The notes under the pieces were generated by a model that saw only the letters and a list, made by a program, of their open reading frames with translations, had not been told where the DNA came from and did not search any database. From Eledone cirrhosa (taxonomy: Eukaryota), in the NCBI GenBank assembly GCA_964016885.1, contig OZ024748.1, positions 4,216,001 through 4,280,000 of the forward strand: DNA of 64,000 bases, in the 5' to 3' direction. A program made the translations under genes and the position numbers. Of the stretch, positions 28,992 through 45,181 are shown in pieces (position 1 is the stretch's first letter; each line of letters starts with the position of its first letter).

Positions 28992-29043
<52 letters not shown>

Positions 29044-29336
29044 CATATATATATACGTATATATGTATATGTATGTATGTGTGTATGTATGTATGTGTGT
29101 ATGTATATATGGAGTATATATTGTACCTATTGCTTTCATGAACAATCATAATAGATTCACATTCATAAAAACACAAATGGACTCACATCCCGCGCACACA
29201 TACACACATGTATATAGTTACACACACACACACACATGTCTGTCTCTGTGTGTGTGTGTTTGTGTTTGTATATATATATATATATATATATATATGCGTG
29301 TGTGTGTGTATATATATATATATATGTATATATATA

Positions 29337-29489
<153 letters not shown>

Positions 29490-29528
29490 ATATATATATA
29501 TATATGTATGTGTGTATATATATATATA

Positions 29529-29575
<47 letters not shown>

Positions 29576-29592
29576 ATATATATATATATATA

Positions 29593-29707
<115 letters not shown>

Positions 29708-29718
29708 GTGTGTGTATA

Positions 29719-30027
<309 letters not shown>

Positions 30028-30115
30028 CATAGATACTTGTTTATTGTTAATATTCATGAAAGCGGTAAGTGCAGCATACAGCCATTGTAGAGAACCCCCA
30101 CTGTTAAACTATGAG

Positions 30116-30167
<52 letters not shown>

Positions 30168-30214
30168 ATATATATATACTTGTGTGTGTGTGTGTATTTA
30201 TATATATATATATA

Positions 30215-30268
<54 letters not shown>

Positions 30269-30321
30269 AATAAAATAACAAGGACGATTGGTTACTCCTT
30301 CATTACGTTTATATATTTATT

Positions 30322-30363
<42 letters not shown>

Positions 30364-30423
30364 TTGTTTCTTCTATTGGCACAAGACCTGCAATTACCCA
30401 GTACATTACTGGGTAATTGCTAT

Positions 30424-30488
<65 letters not shown>

Positions 30489-30534
30489 TATAATATATAT
30501 ATATATATATATTGGTATAATATATATATATTAT

Positions 30535-30857
30535 AATTGAATATAAAAGAAAAACGAACACAGATATATAGATATATGTGTTGAAATCGTAAGGGACCAG
30601 ATTCGCTGAGGTGAAGAGAATACTAACTATAGACAATAGCATTCCTATTTACAATTAATATTGCGAAACAGCAGTACCAAAAGTACTGGGTGATTGGTAG
30701 TTACCACAATTCCGGTTTGTATTTATTTCCTTGATTTATTCTTAAATTGAGTCTGGCAAACCCTATTGTCTATAGTTAGTATTCTTTTCACCTCAGCGAA
30801 TCTGGTCCCTTACGATTTGAACACATATATATTTGAGTTTCTAACTCAATATATACC

Positions 30858-30862
<5 letters not shown>
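30535..30862. mobile_element. (TA)n-flanked inverted-repeat element (family H)
   Basis: ~68-bp arms 30570-30638 / 30763-30830; homologues at 10827-10968 and 19035-19065; no HHR core recognised. Confidence 0.7.
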
Positions 30863-30915
<53 letters not shown>

Positions 30916-30993
30916 AAAAATTGAACGGGAACAAAACAGAGAGGCAGTACGAACAAAGGTTTATTAGTTTCCCGCTCTTGAGAGTGGGGTGGT

Positions 30994-31048
<55 letters not shown>

Positions 31049-31067
31049 AAGTTAAATAAACTCAAAA

Positions 31068-31098
<31 letters not shown>

Positions 31099-31161
31099 GT
31101 CCCAAGGCTCTGATACCATCAACACCATAAACACAGAGCCGGCATATCTAAGAACTGACTA

Positions 31162-31217
31162 ACTGCCTGATGAGGTCATAGCCATTCAATGGCTATCATC
31201 GAAATATATATAGCAGT
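31162..31217 (+). ncRNA. Type I hammerhead ribozyme with palindromic stem III
   Basis: actgc-CTGATGA-ggtcatagcc(attcaat)ggctatcatc-GAAA-tatata-TA-gcagt, followed by AATAAA. Confidence 0.85.
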
Positions 31218-31258
31218 AAATAAAGGATTATGAGTTCATGCAATTGACTTATGTTTCG

Positions 31259-31578
<320 letters not shown>

Positions 31579-31627
31579 GAGGCATCAGTGGATGTGTTGG
31601 TGACGGTAGGTTTTGTAGTAATGTTGT

Positions 31628-31815
31628 TGATGGTGAGTATATCAGGCCAGTACCTTACTGTGGTACCGACTTACAGCTAGGTGGACTGTGCCTTACTGTG
31701 ATGGACTGTAGCTTACTGTGGTACCCATTGACAGCTAGGTGGACTGTACCTTACTGTGGTACCTAATGACAGCTACGAATAAACGGTACCTAATGACAGC
31801 TAGGAATAAACGGCG
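31628..31815. repeat. Short degenerate tandem array (TACCTTACTGTGGTACC..ACAGCTAGGTGGACTG)
   Basis: 3-4 imperfect ~40-bp units. Confidence 0.7.
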
Positions 31816-32142
31816 TCCCTACGAATCCAACAGGAGTTAAGTGCCCATTGTTATGTCATGTCATTTTTGCTATTGTAACACTTTTATATTGGATGTTGTT
31901 GTTGCTATAGTTATTGTTGTTACTATGGTTAACTCTGTTGTTTCCATGGTTTATGTTGTTGTTGTTGTTGTTGTTGTTTCAATTGCTATTGGCATAGTTA
32001 TTACCATATTTGAGGATATTTCTGTTGTGGTTGTTGCTATTGCTATTTCAGTTATATAAATGTGTGTGTACGTGTATCCATCTGTGTGTATGTCTGTGTA
32101 TGAGTATATAAGTACTAAACTAATAATTTAACTCCACAAACA

Positions 32143-32202
<60 letters not shown>

Positions 32203-32677
32203 CACACACACACACACACAAACATAATGAAGAGAGAAAGTGATAAAAAACTTTCTCAAAATTATTCCAATCCAAAGCTCTTCTTTCCTGAAATAACATC
32301 AAAGTATTTTGAAATTTAGATATGGTTGAAAAATTTCTCATTTTATCTTTGGATACACACACATATACACATACAGAAACACAGTCACACACCCACACAT
32401 ACACACATGATATTATATATGTGTGTGTGTGTGTGTACGTATAAATATATATATATATATATGTGTGTGTGTTCAGATCTAGTGATGTTGGCTGTCAACA
32501 ATGCAGACAGACTTCAACATTGATGATGGAGTAAATGTACAACTTATTCAATTTCTCACAACATATCTAGGATGTTTCAGCAAAGCGAATTCATACTTCG
32601 CCAATTTTTTCAGAGAAGCACTTCTTATAGAAAATTGTATATATATTTCCATATATATACAATTTTGTATATATATA

Positions 32678-32710
<33 letters not shown>

Positions 32711-32810
32711 CCAGGGAGTGTAACGCGGAGTTACTGTAGGTTCACCCGGGTGAGCACTCGATGTTTAGGTTCACCCGGTATCGAGGTGTAGAGCTAGACA
32801 GAGTGTAATA

Positions 32811-32996
32811 TAATTGTTTCTACTTTTGACACAAGGCCAACACTTACCCAGTGCATTACTGGTACTTTATTTTATCGACCCCGTAGGGATGAAAGGCAAA
32901 GTTAACCTCGGCGGGATTTGAACTCAGAATGGCAAGGGCCGTAACTCTATGCGTCAAAGCATGGCGTCCGACCCTCTACCGATACTACCAATCCAC
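32811..32996 (-). mobile_element. tRNA-derived SINE, full length
   Basis: Reverse complement of consensus. Confidence 0.9.
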
Positions 32997-33003
32997 ATAA
33001 TAA

Positions 33004-33248
<245 letters not shown>

Positions 33249-33892
33249 ATGTTTGAAAATAGGCGGCAAATTGGATAGAATGCTTTATGCTATTCGGTCT
33301 GGCTTTTTGCTCTCTGAGTTCAAATCCCGCCGAGGTCAACTTTGCTTTTCATCCTTTCGAGGTCGATAAAAAAAGTACCAGTCTAATACTGGGTTGATTC
33401 TTCCTCTCTCTCACTTTCTATCTTTCTCTGGAAGAAATCTGCTGTACTCAGGCCTAGAGAAGGGTGGGCTCCGCCAGGCTTTAAATGCCCAAGATACACC
33501 GTATGTCAATACGCCCCCCCCCCCCCCCACCTCCTAAGACTCCCGCAGGAGTTACGAGACTATACCGTACCATATGTTTGAAAATGGCGATTGAAGGAAT
33601 GTCGTCGTGGTTTCAAGTTCCAGCCACGACTCAGCAGCATGTATTTAAGTCAGCTGTCACAAGATTTATGGTTGTTAATAACTATAAATTAATTATCTCA
33701 TTGCGTGCAGCGGGGTGCCTCTAGACAGAAACACTTATTTGTGTAACAACTGGCTATCAGTGTATTGTTGCAAACTCTCGTTGCATGCTGTAAGCTGCAC
33801 GCGGCATGCACCTGTTTCGTCGTCAGCTGTGTAATATCTTTGGACATCCGTCAGTTACAACGACGGAATGTTTTTGTGGTCACAGTGTGTGC

Positions 33893-33943
<51 letters not shown>

Positions 33944-34103
33944 GTTAGTCCTTCATCAGTGATCTTCCAACCATCATTGGTATTTCATCGCTTTAAAGAC
34001 CATATACCTCCGGTTGGTGCGAGCAACGGCTAAAAAAAGTCGTTGGGACACGTAAAATAAAGGGGACACGAGTGTAAACAAACAAAAATGGTGAAGCAAC
34101 GAA

Positions 34104-34162
<59 letters not shown>

Positions 34163-34165
<3 letters not shown>

Positions 34166-34386
34166 GGTGACCACAAAAACAATCCTTGATTTCAAATACC
34201 TATAGTATGAAAACTTAAATGAATATTCTTACAATATTTGGTGGCTACAGTTGCATAAACTACCAAAGTTTCATGTGCTATTGGTTGATATCATATCATG
34301 TGGTATTGGTTGATATCTGCCCCCTTTTGTTGCTCAGCAAACATCAATGCGAAAACCAAGCTCCGAGTGTTTTTGTGGTCACTCTG
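34163..34386. mobile_element. Tc1/mariner MITE
   Basis: TIRs CAGGGTGACCACAAAAACA / TGTTTTTGTGGTCACTCTG flanked by TA; related TIR at ~33869-33886. Confidence 0.8.
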
Positions 34387-34569
34387 TACTGTTCGAAGAA
34401 TTAACTTACAATTGCCCTACCATTTTATTATAACTGCTTCATTATAACCGAAACTTCGAGGACACTGCCAACTGTTTCTTTCCAAAATAGAATATATTTG
34501 CTACTTTATTTCTCTGTGCATATTTTTACACACACACACACGCACGCACACATATATATATACACATAT

Positions 34570-34623
<54 letters not shown>

Positions 34624-34643
34624 ACATATATATATATATATAT

Positions 34644-34690
<47 letters not shown>

Positions 34691-34848
34691 CAGATATATA
34701 AATATATGCAAATATACATATATCTATTCATACAAAGACACACACAAACATACACACATAAAATTCTATAGTACTCCTGCGACTTCAGTTTCTCGTCTAT
34801 ATAGTTCACACCCATACCAACCCTACACACACACACACACACACACAC

Positions 34849-34926
<78 letters not shown>

Positions 34927-34983
34927 TTCAGGTTCAGTCTGATAGGTTTCTTGGATATATCAACATTTATAAAACAAATTTTG

Positions 34984-35044
34984 TATTTTATCTGATGAGG
35001 GCATACCAAAATTTTGGTACCCTTGAAATATATATAATTAAATT
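34984..35044 (+). ncRNA. Type I HHR (family G)
   Basis: tattttat-CTGATGA-gggcatacc(aaaatttt)ggtaccctt-GAAA-tatata-TA-attaaatt. Confidence 0.7.
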
Positions 35045-35173
35045 AATATGGTTTTATAAATATAGTTTCCATTTATTAATATCATTGATATTATACTCCA
35101 GAAAACTTGTAGAGTGCTTCGAATCTGTTATCAATAAATTTGTTGAATAACCAACAAATTAAATATTTCTTTG

Positions 35174-35239
<66 letters not shown>

Positions 35240-35575
35240 CATATATATATATATATATATTCCCTATTGATGTATATAAAAATGTTGAGTGTGTTCACAG
35301 CAAAACTCTACAACTTTTTATTCTCTTAAATTAAAACAGAATATTAATGAGAGTAATTAAACTCTCCAATCAGATATCTCTGCCAAAACATTCGTTTTTT
35401 CGTTGTTGTGTGACTCTTAATTTGGGAAATTCCTTTGATTGCTGTTGTTGTTGTTGCTGGTGTTGCTGTTGTTGTAGTTGTTCCTGCTGTTGTTGTTGGT
35501 GTTATTGTTGTGTTGCATTCCATATTTTAATATGTTATATTATACACAGTTACATGTAAACTGGTAGAAACACCT

Positions 35576-35671
<96 letters not shown>

Positions 35672-35837
35672 TTAATTATGTCTCATATAAAATAATACAT
35701 CCAGCTATCCACGAAATACTGATTAGTTAGCACCCCAAACACTAAATTGGGAAAATGCTTAGGTATATCCTAATGTTTGTTGAGTGAGATGGAGTTGGTC
35801 AGAGTGTCACTTAAGGCTTTCTCTGTTAATGTATTAA

Positions 35838-35913
<76 letters not shown>

Positions 35914-36007
35914 ATAATAATAAATTTGAAGACTATGATCTTTTTAGTTTCAGAAGATCCCGTTAAGAGTGAAAGCAGCGATTCTTTGCTTAAACTTTAA
36001 TCTGTTA

Positions 36008-36068
<61 letters not shown>

Positions 36069-36704
36069 AAGTATTATGTAGATATATGTATGTATATGTA
36101 ATACTGCTGCCATGAAATGTTTTACACTATATTAATTAAATTATTACATTAACTAGCAGAAAAAACCATTCTTCGGGTGGTTTTCTGCTAGCATGTTTAG
36201 TGTGTATATTGATATTATACGCAAGTATATATACATGTAGATATGATACATCAAATAAAATCGTAATTGACAATATACACAGAAATTGAACGAAGTCTGT
36301 TACACTGTCTTATGTAATCAGTAACGTAATCCATGATACATTTAAAAAAAGACGATATTATATATAAACTGCATTAGGAGAAAATTAGTGACGGAAATAT
36401 ATGCGATATTTTTATAAGTGTTATAATGTAACGGCCGCTAACCGGAAGTGTTGACATTTGAAAATGTTAAAGAAGTGAATTTTAAAGGTCTTTAAATAAG
36501 ATATAAAATATATTTAATCAACAGCCACTAAATTTAGCATATAAATTATGTAATATTCATTCATTATTTATTCAAAGTAATCCAACTTATTTTACAAACG
36601 GGGTAAAAAAAAATATATTGTGGGCGCAATCCCGCACTCCTTACTTTATTATAGTTTAGATGACACCAATATTTAATCTTAATTGGCCAGTTTGTGGTAC
36701 ATTA

Positions 36705-36786
<82 letters not shown>

Positions 36787-36788
<2 letters not shown>

Positions 36789-36975
36789 AAAAAGTATGCC
36801 CCCGACGGCAGAGCTCAAGCCGTTTCGACGGCTATTTCAGTCCAGAAATAGCCGTCGAAACGGCTTGAGCTCTGCCGTCGGGGTCATACTTTTTCCTATT
36901 ACCCACTCTACTACCCTAAGTATTGAGTACTCTGGTGCGTTATGGTCCATCTGGTTCCTTACCACAACTCCTTCG

Positions 36976-36978
<3 letters not shown>
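36787..36978 (+). mobile_element. Family B palindromic element (reference copy)
   Basis: ~52-bp arms around AGTCCA; GAAA 36857-60, stem III CGGC/GCCG, GTC 36877-79, then ~80-bp tail to (TA)n. Confidence 0.9.
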
Positions 36979-37014
<36 letters not shown>

Positions 37015-37024
37015 AACACACATA

Positions 37025-37072
<48 letters not shown>

Positions 37073-37082
37073 AACACACATA

Positions 37083-37123
<41 letters not shown>

Positions 37124-37127
37124 TCAT

Positions 37128-37169
<42 letters not shown>

Positions 37170-37825
37170 ATATATATGTATATATATATATATATGCTCA
37201 TAAACACACACACACACACACACATATATATATTTATATATATATGTATTATAACAACTAACTACTATATAGCGGGTGGGCTATATAGATATTAAATTAT
37301 ATTTCTAAAGTAATATATAGGCAATGAAAATGTATGTATGTTTATATAGTTGCATTAAACATTAAAAATGGTGCTCGGTTTCAAGCACAGCATTATTGTT
37401 TCTTTGTAAGCATGAAACTGAGCTAATTATGGCCCATCCTGAATAGTTATTAATTATACTAGTGTGGCGTATCGATTAGGGTGGTCGTCTCATAATCGTA
37501 AGCTCGTGGGTTGAGTGTGATAGGTGTTTATTTTTTAAATACATTGACGCCTCGTTTCTTGAAACGTGGCACTTTAATTCATGTCGTTTTAGTCCATTCA
37601 CATGAACAAATGTGTACCAATACTAGCCGAGGATTAAGATTGAGATGAACTAGCGTCTCATCCAGGGGCACTAAGAGTGTCAGTACTCTCAGTCTAACTC
37701 CAGTCTGCTGATCATTTATGGTTTGTGACATGATTTATATCTAACACATCTCTGTGGAATCCACTGGCTCTTACAGGCTTATCGAAATCGAGACAGGAAC
37801 ACTCAAAATCGAATCTGAAGGAAGT

Positions 37826-37970
37826 GTAACCAGAGTTAGTAACGTACTCAATACATTAGTAGAGTGTAAAAATCATGTTTAATATAGAAATGGCGTCTAC
37901 AGGACTAGAACTGTTTCATTCGAAAGAAATCGCCAGGAAAGCTTTCCTGACGATTCTAGTCCTGTAGACT
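37826..37970 (-). mobile_element. Family A element with decayed HHR and fold-back junction
   Basis: Reverse complement: CTGGCGA-tttctttcgaat-GAAACAG..CTGTA; tail homologous to 10650-10727. Confidence 0.7.
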
Positions 37971-37978
37971 ATTAAACG

Positions 37979-38144
<166 letters not shown>

Positions 38145-38317
38145 ACAAAGAAGGTGTGGTAAGATACCAAGTGGACCATTACGCAACAGAGTACTCAATA
38201 CTTAGGGTAGTAGTGTGGGTAATATGTCATCATGAATGGACCTGTTATTTTTATCTAAAGACATTTTTTCCAATTCCATCCTGCCCGTCCCCTCAATCTA
38301 TCTTATTTCTCATTCTT

Positions 38318-38353
38318 TCTTCTGATGAAGGGCTAGCGTCCGAAACGTTAAGA
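38318..38353 (+). ncRNA. Minimal Penelope-type HHR
   Basis: tctt-CTGATGA-aggg(ctagcg)tcc-GAAACGTT-aaga; palindromic AACGTT in place of stem III. Confidence 0.8.
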
Positions 38354-38434
38354 CCCTCTTCCTGCTATATCAAGCGTTAACATAATATATCCCTTCCATA
38401 TACTGTACCGATTGTGTTGTTGTTTCTGTTTACC

Positions 38435-38483
<49 letters not shown>

Positions 38484-38484
38484 A

Positions 38485-38528
<44 letters not shown>

Positions 38529-38917
38529 TGTGTGTATAATATGTATGTATATATATATATATATTTATATATACATAAAGAAATATATAAACAAGGGTAG
38601 GGTCAAATTTAATATAACATGCGAAATAATAATAATTATAACAATTATACTGTGAAAGGGGTAAACAAGATTTAAACAATTATAAAATACTTCAATTAGT
38701 TATATACAATTAGGTATCAAATTAAAAGGGGCCGAACGTAACGTAATTCACTACACGGTTAATACACATATATACTCATGTGCACACACATATACACACA
38801 TGTATACACACATTTATACACACACATATACACACTGAAATACCCGATATTACTAAACGCATTTATGTTTTTATATATATGCATACACACACATACACAT
38901 GTATACACATACACATG

Positions 38918-38978
<61 letters not shown>

Positions 38979-39093
38979 GTGTGTGTGTGTGTGTATATAT
39001 ATTCTGTAGTTTAAACACGATATCACTGCTAACATCACAAGGCTAATTATATTTTAACTAAAAACACACATTTATAAGGTTAATTTAAATTTA

Positions 39094-39129
<36 letters not shown>

Positions 39130-39234
39130 ATATATATACATAGACACACACACATATATATATATATACACACACATATATATATATACATATATATACA
39201 TATATATATACATATATGTATGTATTTAAATTTC

Positions 39235-39327
<93 letters not shown>

Positions 39328-39385
39328 TGCATATATGTAAATATATATGTATGTATATATAAATATACATATACATATATATGTC

Positions 39386-39476
<91 letters not shown>

Positions 39477-39800
39477 AAAGAGAGATTATATATTCGTATG
39501 TATAATTAAGAACCTTTACTTCAAACGTTATATTAAGGACTGTTTATTAATGACATTTTATATTAATTAATAATCATTTATTCTTTTATTCATTGCTATT
39601 TGCTGGTTTTAGTCATTTACCGAGCCATGCTGGAGCATTTCATTGAAACTATTTAATCGACACTAATACATATTTTGTTCATGTCTGCTACTTATTTTAT
39701 AGACGGAGAATTGGCAGAGTTGTTAACACGTCGGATCGAACCTTCATCTTTTTCTACTTTCCTCTCTATCACTTACCCTCTTCTCAGGAAGAAATCAGCT

Positions 39801-40035
39801 GTTTAGACTTGGAGAGGGGGGATGGGCTCCTCAACAATGAACCCCCAAAATACCCAAGATGAGATGTTTAGACTTGGAGAGGAGGGATGGGCTCCTCAAC
39901 AATGAACCCCCAAAATACCCAAGATGAGATGTTTAGACTTGGAGAGGAGGGATGGGCTCCTCAACAATGAACCCCCAAAATACCCAAGATGTTTAGACTT
40001 GGAGAGGAGGGGATGGACCCACAAAATGCCCTAGA
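39801..40035. repeat. 65-bp tandem repeat x ~3.5 inside a dispersed repeat (homologue ~33405-33560)
   Basis: GTTTAGACTTGGAGAG starts at 39801, 39866, 39931, 39991. Confidence 0.9.
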
Positions 40036-40279
40036 CACGCTGTATGTCAGGACGGTGCTCTTATAATTCCCTCGGGAGTTAGAGGTCAATACATAGACAT
40101 TTATCTTATCGATATCTTTATATCACAACGCTTTAAGTAGGATATGTTAAGTTTGCTTGGCCACATTAACTTTGCTAAAGTTTCTAGATTTTCTCAGTCT
40201 CATCTTCAGAACAAAATAGGGAGATCAATCTATACATGCAGCGTTCCTTTAGGCAACAAAGGATAATGGTAGTGATGTC

Positions 40280-40495
40280 ATTATTTCTTGTTCTGTATTG
40301 GCAGTATCGGTAGAGAGTCGGACACCATGCTTTGTAGCATAGAGTTACGTCCCTTTATGATCTGAGTTCAAATCGCGCTGAGGTTAACTGTGCCTTTCAT
40401 CCTTACGGGGTCGATAAAATAAAGTACCAGTAATGTACTGGGTAATTGCTGGCATTGTGCCTAAAATAGAAACAATTATTTCTTGTTCTGTATTG
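40280..40495 (+). mobile_element. tRNA-derived SINE with 21-bp target-site duplication
   Basis: ATTATTTCTTGTTCTGTATTG at 40280-40300 and 40475-40495. Confidence 0.95.
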
Positions 40496-40609
40496 TACTG
40501 ACTGTCTCTCCTAAAGGGAGGGCCAACCTATGAGAAACTGTCGTACCAGTGGGGTGATTGCTTTAGCGGTTTGAAACAAACACATGTAGATACGTACACA
40601 CACACACAC

Positions 40610-40716
<107 letters not shown>

Positions 40717-40859
40717 TGTATGCCTATATATTTGACACGCCTACGAAGTATATGTATATTTATATATATACATATATGTGTGTATATATTTATATATAAG
40801 CATATATGTATATGTATAATATATTAATACTTACACACACACACATACATATATACATG

Positions 40860-40918
<59 letters not shown>

Positions 40919-41245
40919 TTGTAGTAAAATACATGCTCCATATAACCCTGTTATAAAAAACACAATGTTTCCGTGTAAACATTCACCACACAGAAACATG
41001 CATAATTATGCACATCCCTGCACTGACACACTCACACATACACACACATATACACACACACATGCACCAATAAGGACCCACTTCTGATACATGGCACGTT
41101 AAAACAATCAATCAATCAAACACCACTTGCGTATTGATTAGTAATTATTGATCGCCTTTCTTGACTGTTTACAAGCTGTACGCATAGTTAATATTTTTAG
41201 AATTCTAGATTTATCTACATTCACATACATGCAGGCAGACATATG

Positions 41246-41339
<94 letters not shown>

Positions 41340-41341
41340 CA

Positions 41342-41373
<32 letters not shown>

Positions 41374-41449
41374 CGTATATCTATAGGTATGTCCATATGT
41401 TTGTATACAGACATAAATACATACATACATACACATATATATATAAATA

Positions 41450-41510
<61 letters not shown>

Positions 41511-42045
41511 GTATATATGTATAAATCTAATATATATAAGTATATATTATATATATATATATATAACATATATACATGTATATATATTTATAATATATAT
41601 ATATATAACATATATACATGTATATATATTTATAATATATATATATATAACATATATACATGTATATATATTTATTATATATATATACAGATAACGTTAA
41701 TACATGTATATATATATATATATATATTATATATAATACATACCTATATCATATATTACATATATATATATATGTGTATAAATATAAATAGATATATATA
41801 ATATATATGTATATATGAATATATTACATATATAATATATATATATATGTATATATAATATATATAATATATATATATATGTATATATAATATATATAAT
41901 ATATATATATATGAACATATGTAGATTCATAATATATATATATATGTGTATACATATACGTGCATATGTATTTATATATTTATGAATGTTTCTGTATATA
42001 TGTATATTTATACACACACACACAGATATAGATATATTTATGTAT

Positions 42046-42133
<88 letters not shown>

Positions 42134-42319
42134 TTATATATATATATACAGTAAAAACATAATTTTTCTTTTTATATTTCTAAGTACAACCGTTAGAGAT
42201 CAGATTTAAACGAATACCATATAAGTAGGTCTAATATGTAGAGATTTTATCGTGGTCCCAAATAATAATATAAATAACATTGATAATATATCAGATATAT
42301 ATATATATATAATACATAA

Positions 42320-42350
<31 letters not shown>

Positions 42351-42360
42351 AAATACATAA

Positions 42361-42478
<118 letters not shown>

Positions 42479-42483
42479 CATAA

Positions 42484-42527
<44 letters not shown>

Positions 42528-42557
42528 CATAAATATATATATATATATAATACAGAA

Positions 42558-42591
<34 letters not shown>

Positions 42592-42947
42592 TTATATATA
42601 TCAATATATCTGAAAAGAGAGATATATATATTTGTATGTATATATAAGTATATATATATATATATATATATGCATTTATGTATAATATACACACATATAT
42701 CTGTGTTATGTAGTGTAACATGCGTATATATATATGTGTGTGTGTGTATATGTATGAATACACTTACAGTTATTGATGTAGGATGGTCACTTACACGTCC
42801 CAGATAAACCCGATGGTATGGTAGTAAATACTTGTTCATGGTGCAACGCACTGGGAGTGAACTCAAACTACCTGGTTGCTAGAAAAAGACTTTAACCACT
42901 GAGCTATAGTTACATGTATAAAGCTACACATGTACACACACACACAC

Positions 42948-42980
<33 letters not shown>

Positions 42981-43193
42981 GGAACGAGTAGGACCCCGAC
43001 GGCTGAGCTCAAGCCGTTTCGATGGCTAATTCTGGAGTAAATGAACATTTTCATTTACTCCACTATTAGTCATCGAAACGGCTTGAGCTCAGCCGTCGGG
43101 GTCCTACTCGTTCCTATTACCCACTCTACTACCCTAAGTATTGAGTACTTTGGTGCGTTATGGTCCATCTGGTTTCTTACCACATTTCCTTCG

Positions 43194-43195
<2 letters not shown>
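42981..43195 (+). mobile_element. Family B palindromic element
   Basis: Inverted arms with extra inner hairpin GGAGTAAATGAA/TTCATTTACTCC, then tail. Confidence 0.85.
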
Positions 43196-43286
<91 letters not shown>

Positions 43287-43482
43287 CTGAGGGAGAGTGA
43301 GATATGTAGATTGATATATATATAGATAGATAGATGACTGAATAAATAAAAATTCATACATTCACATATGCATATATACATTTATGTATATATACCTACA
43401 TATATGCATACATGCATAAATACATACATATATCCGAACATATTTACAAACTTATATACATACATATATAATATATACATAC

Positions 43483-43524
<42 letters not shown>

Positions 43525-43630
43525 TTATATATATATATGTATATATATTTATTATATGTATATATATATATATATATATTCATATAGATACTTATATATA
43601 TATTTATGCATATATACATATTTTTATATA

Positions 43631-43679
<49 letters not shown>

Positions 43680-43879
43680 TTATATATATATATATTTATA
43701 TATATTTATTATATGTATATATATATTCATATAGATACTTATATATATATTTATATATATAAACATATTTTTATATATGAATATATATATATATATATAT
43801 ATAAATGTATATATATATATTCATATATAAAAATATGTATATATATTTATTTATATATATGTATATTTATATATATATA

Positions 43880-44078
<199 letters not shown>

Positions 44079-44376
44079 GCAGCATACATAAATACATACA
44101 TAGCTAGACAACCATATGGTTACAGAGATCCTAAACTGAGATAAATGGCGGCTCATATATCTCTCTCTATTTTACTGTGAGTTCCACCATGGGTAATAAT
44201 AAATGGAGAACTGTAAAAATGTCATTTACACTTAATAACATGCAGGTGTGTTTGTTATCTGATGTAAGGTGACACATTGTAGACATACGTGAGGACTTTA
44301 GTTTAGCACAGACATATATATATATTTATATACATACAAAAAAGTATATGTATTTTTGCGTTAATATATATATATA

Positions 44377-44518
<142 letters not shown>

Positions 44519-44536
44519 GTATATATATATATATTA

Positions 44537-44591
<55 letters not shown>

Positions 44592-44631
44592 TTACATACA
44601 TATATGTATGTATATATATATATTTATGTAT

Positions 44632-44777
<146 letters not shown>

Positions 44778-45014
44778 AAAAGAAATCGAAAATGCAACTG
44801 GAGTCTTTTTAAGAATATTTATTTGTTTCCTTTATCGGTTTCACTGTTCTTATGCATTTCAAAAGTAGAATTGAGATGAAGGTTTTGTGATTTTTCGCAT
44901 ATATATATATATGTGACATATATATATATGATATATAACTATATATATCATATATATATGTCACACATATATATATATGTATATATATAACATATAACTA
45001 TATATATACATATA

Positions 45015-45082
45015 CAGGGGTTGGACAAAATAATGGAAACACCTTAAAATTTCAAACAAATTTATTCTAATATGGGGTAGGA

Positions 45083-45086
<4 letters not shown>
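45015..45086 (+). mobile_element. Tc1-like terminal fragment
   Basis: TA-CAGGGGTTGGACAAAATAATGGAAACACC. Confidence 0.6.

Positions 45087-45181
<95 letters not shown>

Noticed and set aside
36151-36661. Possible Helitron/Helentron-like element (ACTAGCAG hairpin ... TTATTATAGTTTAGAT)
   Set aside because: Only terminal resemblance, single copy in the window; not supportable without a library search
39801-40035. CRISPR-like appearance of tandem repeats (also 6650-7055)
   Set aside because: Head-to-tail units without unique spacers, eukaryotic context, no cas genes
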